64,000 nt of DNA. It comes from Amoeboaphelidium protococcarum X5. Taxonomy: Eukaryota > Fungi > Aphelidiomycota. Location: positions 20,942-84,941 of the forward strand of contig JALDTO010000009.1 of NCBI GenBank assembly GCA_023515725.1, given 5' to 3'. The position numbers were made by a program, and so were the translations under genes. Shown piece after piece: positions 26,851-37,356 of this stretch. The notes beneath the pieces are model-generated. The model saw only the letters and a list, made by a program, of their open reading frames with translations, ran no database searches and had not been told where the DNA came from. Every line of letters starts with the position of its first letter. Within the stretch, counting starts at the first letter, position 1.

Positions 26851-26981
26851 TTAAGATTCTGTCTTGCTACTGCTTTATTATCTCTTTATTGCTGTGATTC
26901 TGACTATGATATTGATATGAGTTTAAATAAGTCTTAAAGTTGACGTAAAGATGATACAAACATATTATTGCTATTTTATAT

Positions 26982-29600
26982 TCACGTTTTGTCATTATTA
27001 TTACTGTTAATATTATCAATATTGTTAGAGGCAGAATCAGAGATGACAGATGGATTCTAGATTATAACTTTCGAAAGCGTAGTATCCATAGATTTTGCCA
27101 CAGCAACTTGTTCTTGTTTACTTTCAGCAAGTGGAGATGGAAGAGGAGCATCAGCGAGCAATGTAGGAGTCAGGGTTGCACCATTATTAGCCAGAGACTC
27201 TTGAGATTTCAAGTCACTCGTGGTGGATTGGCCAATTTTTCGCTTCTTTTTATAATCAGTGAGAGATATTCTGGTCGTAGTGGTAGTGGAAGCAGCAGTT
27301 AAAGGCTCGGCAGAAGCTAGTGAACCATCACCGTCCAGCTAATCATCTGCGGCACTTGATCGGGCCGACACTTCAACGGTGAGATCGCTGTAATTTCTCT
27401 TTTACGGAATGCTAGAACCAATACTCTGACTACCACCACTTCCTTGCGTTATCACACTCTCTACCGACATTCTGTCGACTTTATCTAGCTTATGACTATC
27501 AACTAAACTGGCGCTGACTAATTAAGTTTAATTAACGACAATCTCACTAGGCGGAGTGGGAGACCGAAGAGTTTCCATCTTTGATGCCTAAGACTTGTCA
27601 GCATTCCGACCCTCAACATCATCACTAGTAACCACTCCAGAACTCATGATGGACGTCTGCACGGAATTACCATCATGATCGGATGAGAGTGATAATTAAC
27701 TCATTCTCAACTGATAATTTCGAATCCAAGCCTTCTTCATATAATAAGAGCCCTTTCTGGATGGTTTGAATTCAATCATACCGTCTATATCTTTCTTTGG
27801 ACTAGAAGATCGCGGAGACTGAAGAGGTGACATAAGGCCAACAGATGACAGAGCAGGCGATGGAGATTCATAGCGTCTGCCAGTAGGATCTTCATTCTGA
27901 TAAGAACCAGACTGCGAGAAATGAGACGATTGTTACTATTGAGATTATTGCTTCTTTTTCTGCTACTCCTCTTCCATGCGCGCGAACCGCAGAATTTCTT
28001 CTCTCAACTTCTTCTCTTCACGAGACAGGACTTTCAGAGGCTTATTGAGAAGATCATCATTGAACGAGGTGGTTGCATGGGTAGCAGACTATGGACTAGA
28101 CCTGTCATTCATGCTGCCTTGATCTACATTATTTTTGTTCTGTTCCAAGGCCAATGCTTTAAGCTCGCTAGTCTTTTTACGCCCACGTTTTTTAGGCTAT
28201 TTGACTTCTTACGGAGGCTCTTGACCATGGGGCGGTAATGTATTACCAGACTCTGGAACTTAATCAGGAAATTGTTGCTAATCAACATGGCCATCATCTT
28301 GATTATCATCCAAAGCCATCTAGTTGTCACCATACTGAGAAGGATGCTTTTAATCTTAATCATTCTAGAGAGAATCTTGAGCGTACTGAGGATCATATTC
28401 ATCATCATCATCATACTGCAAGCTTGGATTGAAATAACATGTCCGCTCATCAGCACAAGCACAATCCATACAAACATCCATACCGGATAGAGTTCCATAG
28501 TAAGGCACGGTCAACTCTTCATTCTCCAAACCTCTCTAAGCAATAAGAAGAAACGCAAAGTGAGGCCCTTCTCTCTTCTAGTCAGCTGTCGGTGGTTCAA
28601 TACTTTGAGATTATTAAACATCAGCATGGGCTTCGCCTTATTTATCTGTCATTAATTGACCAGAGCTGTCTACTCCTTCATTGATGTCCTTATCTGCTGA
28701 CAATAAGTCTTCCGTTCTCTACTCCTAAACTGATGCCTATAATGGAGCTTAGAGGTGCTAAGAAACAGTCGCATCCATGTCAGCCTTAGACTCAGCAATA
28801 ATATGAGACTTGAGCTAACAATTCGGTCTACAAGAATACCTGACAAATCTGGCTTCATTGCCAAATCTTCGACAATCCAATAGTAGATCCTCAGAGACTC
28901 TGAATACAAACCTCTCATTAACCAGTAATAATTAGTTATCATCGATCATCTTTAACAATTAGGCCTTCAATTCTGCAACAGGCTGCTCAGAATCAACTTA
29001 ACCATTAAGAATCAGAGCAGCCTTGTTAGAACTCCTACTATCCACAATCTTCTCAACAGACAACTTCACAGAGTCTATCGAAGTCAACACCTGAGAATAA
29101 TCTTCAGCACTAAGCTAGGCTAAAGAAGACAAGTCACCAAACTAGAAATCCCCATCTGGAATGATATTCCGACTCACTGGAATGTAATCCTCAGCCAAAT
29201 CGAAATAATCATCATCAGAATCATCATCAAGAGACTCTTCACTGACACTCCGTTTAGACCTGCCAGTATTTGAATTATTATTGTTGTTGTTGTTACCACC
29301 AGAAGCTGTAGATGACTTCCTACCACCACGACCACCTTTCTTCTTCTTCTACTTCAGACGCTTCTTCCGTTATAGTTCCCTAGCCATCTGGTAGTCAATT
29401 ATGCGATCACCTCGACCGACAGCAGGATCACAGCGCTCGCACAAGTACACCTCAGGCACGCCATTCTTTCGGATATTGACGCATATAGCATGCTACCACA
29501 CTAGGCACTTGTCACATTAAATGGTAAATCCATCATCTGTAGTGTATCCACAGACACAACGAATTATGCCATCATCGGCAGGACTATTAGTACGACTCAT
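26982..29600 (-). CDS. PHD + SET domain protein (Set3/Set4/MLL5-like)
   Basis: 872 aa single frame: [28 protein letters not shown]...YLCERC (PHD); FVRYSCRPNC and ELTVPY...CAC (SET/post-SET); IMKKAWIR motif. Confidence 0.85.
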
Positions 29601-29995
29601 GTGACTGACTATGTATCTGTTTATGCTCTGTAAGTATCCAGTATGATATATATCTACTTTACCAAGGATAAAACGGAATTTACCAGTCAGATATGACTCA
29701 AATATATATAGTAGCAAATAATAGAGTGCCAAATACACACAGTCAATATATTAAATAGCCACTAAGAGGAGAGTACACAAAAGAGTGACGCCCTACGTTG
29801 AAAGACGTTGAAGAGAAAGTTTTTGAATTTTTTTCAGGGGCCGATCGCGACAAGGAAAAGTCTTTAGAGCTCCTTTCCTTGGCTTAGACGCTTACAACGA
29901 CAACTCTCTGTTAGCATTTGTAAGACTATCGTAAAATTGTAATGAAATTGTTAGAGACTGGAATATAATAAAGAATAATTGATTGATTAGACAAG

Positions 29996-30041
29996 TGATG
30001 ATCAAACCAGTATTAAGATGATGATCAAACCAGTATTAAGA
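29996..30041 (+). repeat. Perfect 23-bp tandem duplication (TGATGATCAAACCAGTATTAAGA x2)
   Basis: Copies at 29996-30018 and 30019-30041. Confidence 0.95.
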
Positions 30042-30338
30042 TAAACTAGAACAACAACATTAGTACTGCCTCAGGCAAAGATTGCACTAGAAGAACACTC
30101 TAACAAATCCAGGAATTGAACACGTAAGTCTCAACACCTATTACCATAGCCCATTTAATAAATCTGTCTACATCAAATATTGCATTAGAAATTATGTTCT
30201 TGATGAAATTATAGCATACTGTAAACCAAGCTCCCCTAACCCAGCTTTAAAGGGGAACTGCTTAAACATTTAGAAGGACAATATATAAATTACATGAATT
30301 TTTTTCACGCAATACATTGGATATAGCATTATCTTACA

Positions 30339-30993
30339 TTCGTTGTGATCTACCTATCTGGACGACATTGTGATATACACTGATATTAATTAGAAAGAAC
30401 TGACCAGAGCCGACATCAGGGCGGACTCAGAATGTGCTTACCATTAAAAGAGTCAGTCATAGTTGCAAGGGACAACTTCGAAGGGACCAAAACATTGATG
30501 GATTACAACTCATTCGCGATGAATAAATTAAAATGCTTCCACAACATATTAAAAACCACTACCAGATCAGCAAAGATAAAATATTCTTCTTCAATCGTCC
30601 ATTAAGGATTCGGAGCTGATTGAAGTTCCAGCGACTTAGTGCGCGCGTGCCTACCTCATAGACAGAATATAGCCGAGGAAAGACGTAGAAGACTAAGCGA
30701 ACTTGCACTTTGAAAGTTTACAGTAAAGCTTATTAGAACGGAGGATCTATAATACTTCGCGCACATGCGACCGATGTTCTTCTTCATCGCCATCAGTATA
30801 CACTACAATAGAGACTGTGCCTATATTGTGATGGCTCTGGTCATATCAAGGCCAATTGTTCGTTGTTGAATACTCGTACTTAAGACAGAACACCTTCGAT
30901 TCCATAATCAGATGCATCAGCTTCAACCACAAATGGCTTCTCTTCGTCAGGATGACTTACACTACAATATCATCCAGATAGACCACTACAAAT
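30339..30993. mobile_element. Mosaic of degenerate Ty3/Gypsy LTR-retrotransposon fragments in both orientations
   Basis: + 30339-30381 FVVIY/LDDIVIYT (RT, frameshifted); - 30993-30961 FVVVYLDDIVV; - 30809-30660 [50 protein letters not shown] (RT); - 30956-30880 HPDEEKPFVVEADASDYGIEGVLSQ (RNase H); + 30818-30859 CLYCDGSGHIKANC (Gag CCHC). Confidence 0.88.
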
Positions 30994-32092
30994 TTGCCAA
31001 TCTAAAGTGGAAAGACTTCTTTAAAGGGCGTGAATCTGGAAAAGTATCTAGATCCTGAATCATACTAAACATATGCAAATAGAAGATTTAGCACCAGGTT
31101 CCAAGTCTATTGTACAATCTTGATCTATATAGTTCTTTCAATTGCAGTGTAGTACCACGGATTTCAAAAGCTGGAGTAGTTCTTTATGTGAGAATCAGCG
31201 CACAATAACTAAATCATTGGGAACATGTACGCGTTAATTCTCTAGTGTATTTATGCGCGCATAATAATTAATTACAAAGTTCCTTTCCATCTGGATACCA
31301 GCATAGCTTAAAAGATAACGAATGTCCCTTCCACGACGTACGGTGGTTTCTCTCAACATTCCCAATCAATTCAGGAATATAACCCACAGTCTCTGGTAAA
31401 CGAATCCCTTAATACAGACAGAATTTGATTTCACCTGATCCAATGTTGCGCGGTCCAACCTTGAGAGAAAACCGGTTTTTGCTGCATCAACTATTACAAT
31501 AGCTCCTACTGAGTTCGTTGATGGTTCAAGTAAAGTCTATTTGATGTTGTTCCTGGAGGTATATGACGATTTATAGCGGCCGGTTGAATTCACCAGCTCT
31601 TACGTTAGAAAGCGGTCGATCAATTCCTTGTTCACAAAGATTCTATGATCATCCCCTCTTAGCTCACGCAACGTTCTTCGATAACGTTTCAACAAAACAA
31701 GCATATAGATATCAGCGGGATAATAGGGGTCATTATTCTCATAATCTTCGTATATTCCAAGATTAGAGTCTCCATAAAATACCCACGATGATGTAGTTCA
31801 TTTAATATACGCGTAACGTGCTTGCTTGCATGCCCTCATATGAGCGAAATATCAGCGCTATCCAAATCCATCACCAGTAAACAGAGCAGCAATAATTCGT
31901 GCGGTTCTTTATCACGTAATTGTAGTTCATTATACGATCCGGATAACTAAGTCGATGAACGCAGAGGGAGAATCTCGCTAAAGCAAAGACCACGCTCAGC
32001 GAAAGACCGCGCTCAGTTTCTTCTCTCTTTCGGTGATCTAACAAGAAGAGACATTTGAGACGCCTATTATATAACATCAAAGTGGTGCTTTT

Positions 32093-32746
32093 ATGATGTT
32101 TAAACTTACTCGACTAATATATAGTGTTATACTTTTTATTGGCATCGCTGTTGCTGCAAGTGGTGGACTTAATATTAGAGTTGAAGTACCTGACAATTTA
32201 GACAAGAGTATTCTATAAGATGCGTACATCAGTTTAAATGGACAAAAAGCAGGAAGTATTGCACCAGACGGTCGCGTTCTGATTAAGAAGCAAGTACCAA
32301 GTGGCATTTATACTTTGAGAGTTGAATCTATCCGCTTACGGTTCCCAATGCTAAAAGCAGTTGTTGGAGATGATGGTGGCGCGATCAATTATTACGCACT
32401 GAATCCCAGTGTGTACTATCAAGTTCCACAAGGCTATGACATTCCAGCATTGACTACGCCTATAGTCTTGAAGCCAATTGGACCACCTGTCGATTATGTT
32501 CTGCCGCGTCAATCTTTCAATGTATTATCTATACTGAGTAATCCGATGGTTATAATGTTGGTCATCAGTGGTGGCCTGATGTTCTTGACCCCCAAACTGA
32601 TGGAGAATATGGATCAAGAGTAGGTGAAAGAGGTGAGAGAGTCCCAGTCAGCCATGCAAGGACTTCTCAGTGGTCAGACCGGGCTGGGCGATTTCATGGC
32701 TCAGCTGAATAAAGACTATGTGGATTAACAAGATAAACGTAAATGA
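32093..32746 (+). CDS. EMC7: ER membrane complex subunit 7 (DUF2012)
   Basis: Signal peptide; VPSGIYTLRVES; YVLPRQSFNVLSILSNPMVIMLVISGGLMFLTPKLMENMD. Confidence 0.82.
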
Positions 32747-32852
32747 TTACTTATGAAATATATTCTAAATCTTACTTAAATTTAAAACACGTTAAATGAT
32801 TTGATAATTTCTATCAAGATTCACAGAGCTAGATGTCTATTCCGAACCTTGA

Positions 32853-33896
32853 TCAATTCAGCTTGTTGAGGATTTTAGTCATAATTGCGTCAAACTGCTT
32901 GGACCATGCACTATCAGGATACTCATCAGACATGCAGCCACCGCGTTCTGATAGTTAAACTACTCGAGGATCTAATGGAATGGAGCCAAGGAACGATATA
33001 TCCATTTCTTGGCACAACTACTCCACAGTATTCCTTCTACCTCTCTTACTATTATTATTACCTCGCGGAAGTACATCGCTTCCACCACCGCAGGATGGAC
33101 ACACAAATCCAGCCATATTCTCCACCACTCCGATAATCTGAATACCAACTTTACGACAAAAGTTTATCTCTTTTCTCACATCCTACAAGGACATCTCTTA
33201 TGGAGTCGTTACTAATACTGCTTGCGCATCGGGCAAGTATTTTGTGACAGACAAATGTTCATCAGATGTACCAGGAGGCAGATCACATATCAGAAAGTCG
33301 AGATCACCCCAGCTGACATCTCTGAGGAAACGCGTTATCATCTCATGTTTACGCGCACCTCTCCAAATTACAGGTGTATCTTTCTGTGGTAGCATGAGGC
33401 CAGTCGAGATCATCTATAGATTACGGTGATTCTATAACACATGTGAAGTCCATCCGCTTCCACTCTCATGAATCAAGCGATCGGCATCATCCCCATTCTA
33501 ATCCTTCAGTTGGTCATTTTATTTAACATCTTCTGTTTATTACTCGCTTCCAAATTGTTCATTTTCAAGACCAACCATTCGCGGTATCGATGGACCAGTG
33601 AGATCAAAGTCGACCAGAGCAATTTCCACGTCCAAATCTCCAGCGAGATACAATGCAATCTATGTACTTACAGTGCTCTTACCTACACCACCTTTACCGC
33701 TCAGTACTAACAGCTTATGATTAATCTACTGCATCCTTTCCCGTATCAGTGGCAGCGATGGGTCCTCTTTAGGCACTTTTGGCAATGTAGCGCAAATCTA
33801 CTGATTGGGACAGCCAGCGCAAGCATCTTGCTTCCCCGCCTGCTCCGATTATGGTCCAGGACAATGTTCATTCGCGTCCTTTGGCTATTCACTCAT
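32853..33896 (-). CDS. NBP35: Cytosolic Fe-S scaffold Nbp35/NUBP1
   Basis: [74 protein letters not shown]. Confidence 0.93.
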
Positions 33897-34100
33897 ATCG
33901 TCTTATATTTTTTGTTTATCAAGCTAGAATCAAAATGACAAATTCTAAAATAGGAGGTAATCTAGCTGATGATGATATTGTAATTTGTATGGTTTTTCTG
34001 CGGCGAAAGCAGAGAAGAGCTTTCAACGACTTGGTTGTTTCCTGTAGATTATTGACGTGATCGTGTAATAGAATCATATTTTTGCTTACTATATAAAAGC

Positions 34101-34699
34101 ATGTCTGCATAGGCTCCTCCTAGATTGCATAAAAGAATCATGCAAGAGGCGTAATACTTTACTGGTAATTTACCTGACGGAATGTATGGTGGTCCAGTAG
34201 ATGATGACATTTCCAAATGGTCAGTTGGGTTTCAAGGTCCAGTAAGATTTTGATATATGAACATCAAGTTATCATATATTAATTATTGACGCATTGTAAT
34301 GCTTGTAGAGCAATTCGCCGTATGCAAAAGGCTTCTTTGCTTTAGATATCGTATTTCCCGGTGATTATCCATTCAAACCACCACAGATAAAGTTTAGTCA
34401 GAAGGTTTATCATCCCAACATTGATGATGATGGTAACATCTGCTTGACACTACTCAAGACTGATAGCTGGAAACCATCTCTGCGCGTTCTAGAAGGTAAA
34501 ATTAAATCAGTTTATTATTTCAGCGATTAGACCATTCTGTCTTCAGTGTGTAGTACTTAAAGAGATATAATTGCTGATGGAGTAGCCTAATCCAGATGAT
34601 CCTCTAAATAACATTGCGGCTTCTCAATACCGTGAGAATCGTCAAGAATTTGAAAAGACAGCACGGGAATGGACTTCCAAGTATGCATTAAAGAAATGA
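34101..34699 (+). CDS. Ubiquitin-conjugating enzyme E2 (introns 34242-34308, 34496-34553)
   Basis: RIMQE...GP|SNSPYAKGFF...FPGDYPFKPP...YHPNIDDDGNICL...PNPDDPL...AREWTSKYA. Confidence 0.92.
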
Positions 34700-34783
34700 A
34701 TTAAATGGAAGTGTAATGACATTTCTCACCGAAGTTATTGCCACGTATCATTTTTATTATAATTTCATTGATTTCAAAATTGA

Positions 34784-35497
34784 TCAATACCACTACCTGA
34801 TCTCTCCTACTTACGTTGACAGAACTGATCCGTGTTGCATGACGAACTATTAAAAGTTCTAACTCATTGGTCCCGACAGGACGCCACCATCTTGGCATTC
34901 TACATCAGCCGGAGGTTGGAATGCACTTTCATCAAGTTGCTCCTCAGAATAGTAATCCACATATTACTTGGTTTCGATCCAATCTCCGGTAATCAGCATT
35001 TGCTCCTCTAATGCACCGACACGAGCACCAGTTGCAACATCAACATATAGCCACTTCTTATAGTCAGTACCATCGCGATTGTTAAGCGCACTAGCGTACT
35101 CTTTGACTTTCTTATCAGCAAACTCAGTAAGACGCGTAAATTGGTATTCAGGTTTCTTGAACGCGTCACGTGGAATCCCCTAATAGACAACACATTCATA
35201 TGGGCTATCAGTAGTTCTGTAATAGATGGAAGTTTGTCCATTCTTAACAATGACCGTGCGCCTCATATTAGCGAAAGCCAAGCTCGACTTCAGCTTCAAA
35301 TTCTTGTAATCATACACTTCTTCCACAGGATATGTGCCAAAGAAAAAGCTCTTGGAGGTGGACTTGACATGATACTGATCAGGAATTTGCAGGGCGCATT
35401 CAGATACTGATTAGCCTGACACGGGTGCGAAACTTTGATTTGGCAATGCAAATATTGCACCAATGTGAATTACTGCTAAAGAAATAAAGGTTTTCAT
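34784..35497 (-). CDS. Secreted protein, possible ependymin-related/LolA-like fold
   Basis: 237 aa; signal peptide MKTFISLAVIHIGAIFA; beta-rich body; C-terminal DESAFQPPADVEC resembles the ependymin-type DxxxFxPPxxC motif. Confidence 0.6.
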
Positions 35498-35797
35498 GGT
35501 GTGGACAATAATTTTGGGGAAAAGTTATAAATTGTGGGGAAAAGATATAAATTGTGGCTGATTTGTAAGCAAGATGCGTATTCCATTATATAATCTCAAG
35601 GGGCACATTAACTCTCACAATTGATTACGGTCCGTCAAAACTAAGCCACAGTTGATGAAATGTGCTGGAAAGCTCATCTTTACGACCGTCATACATTGAA
35701 TTGCGCATTTGTATTTATATTATTATATACCTCGCGGAAATAGAAATGATTGAGCATTTTCATGATGATCTATTGAATAGTCTATTCGTGACAAACA

Positions 35798-36650
35798 TCA
35801 TTATAACTTATCGACGCGTAGTCGTCTTCTTTTCTTTTACTTATATAAAGCCAGCACATACTCATCAGTAATTGAAAACTCATTTATAATGTTCAACCAT
35901 GGTGCCGCCAAAACTATTTGATCCAGTGCTTCACTATTAATTTCTGTTGAATCTTCCGTGACTAATGACGGATCTATATAAAACCGCTCCAAATTGTACA
36001 ACTCATGACAGAGAAATAATATCTTTTGTAAATTCTACGAGTTATTGATAATTTTCAACCATCTTAGCTCATTGAACTGATGCAAACATTCGATTTGAAG
36101 ATTTTCGTTCCCTGAAACATTTAAACATTGCAAATCTGGCATCTTCTTACAGCTCTGCGCATCAAATGACTCCAACATATTACCAGAGATATTTAAAGTT
36201 GTCAGACGCGGAAGTATTGTAGTTAGTTCAAGATACTATACAGAATTATCAGATAGATTGACATACTCTATGCTAAGAGGAAGTTCAGGCATTTTTGTTA
36301 AACGATTGCCTGAAAGTTTTATGCTCGTCAGCTCTCGCATATTGATCAACGATGGAACGCCTACAAAATGATTCGATATTAGAATCCCAAATAACGATAT
36401 AAGACTTACATGTTAGTACATTGTTTGATAAATCCAATTGTGCAAGAGTTTTCAATGAGGTGAGCCATATGATATTACTCAAATTTTAGTTCTACAATGC
36501 AATGGTAGTAATTTTGGCATTTATATTGATCAATTGACGGTGAAAACTTACCTGTAAAACGAGCTGAGTCATCACTGGAGATCCGCGAATTGGACACATA
36601 CTCAGATTGTAGTAGTTTTATCCACACTCATTTCTACTGATAATCTCCAT
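35798..36650 (-). CDS. Leucine-rich repeat protein (introns 36492-36551, 36361-36409)
   Basis: LAQLDLSNNVLT, LTSIKLSGNRLT, IEYVNLSDNSVQ, LTTLNISGNMLE, LQCLNVSGNE. The start codon is tentative. Confidence 0.75.
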
Positions 36651-37356
36651 TATTTCTATAGTATTTATATCAAGACGTTTGACAATTGTTGCAAGTGAGA
36701 AGGACCATTTTAAATATGAAACTTTCATTGTTTGATCAGTATTTCATTCAATCAGCAGCAGTACCAAGTTTGTTTTAAAACTAGGCATGCATTCACTTAA
36801 AAATTTGATAAATTCTTTATAATGCTAATAAAGCACATTGACATCGTTGAGAAATGGACATTCAAGCTATTTATCAAATCCGTGCATATGCTGGTTAGAT
36901 TGTAAATTGTGATGAGACGCCCCGTAGACAAACAAATTTCCATGAGACATTTTAACATCACTCGTACTAGATTTTTCGTGTAAAGAAGTGCCAAAGAGGT
37001 CATCCAATCTTCGATCAGAATTGATATACTCAACGCATCAAAAATAAACATGGACATTATACTGTATGTTGGACTATGGAAAGAAAATACAACGCGTCTT
37101 GAGCTCAAGTATTAAAATTCTCCAATTAATTAACAATTGAGCCAAGGTGGATAATCTAAAGCCGTTAGCAACAAATTAGCAAAGCTTTGTGAAACGACAA
37201 TGTTAACGCGTTTTCCTTCCACTGCAGAACAAGAGCAAAAGACTTTTAGAAGCTATCATGGCACCCAAGAAACTTTAAGGGAGGGAACAAATGACAATGG
37301 AAGACAGTGAGCCATTAATTAATTAGCCAGCTTAGAGAACTGATGATTTAAATGTA

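Noticed and set aside
29996-30041. CRISPR-like repeat array
   Set aside because: Only two adjacent copies with no spacer, in a eukaryotic context without cas genes.
30234-30242. CCCTAACCC as a telomerase RNA template or interstitial telomere
   Set aside because: A single 9-mer is expected by chance in a window this size, and I see no supporting structure.
36744-37037. 97-codon minus-strand frame upstream of the LRR gene
   Set aside because: No clear start, no motif and no splice link; cannot be supported as a gene.
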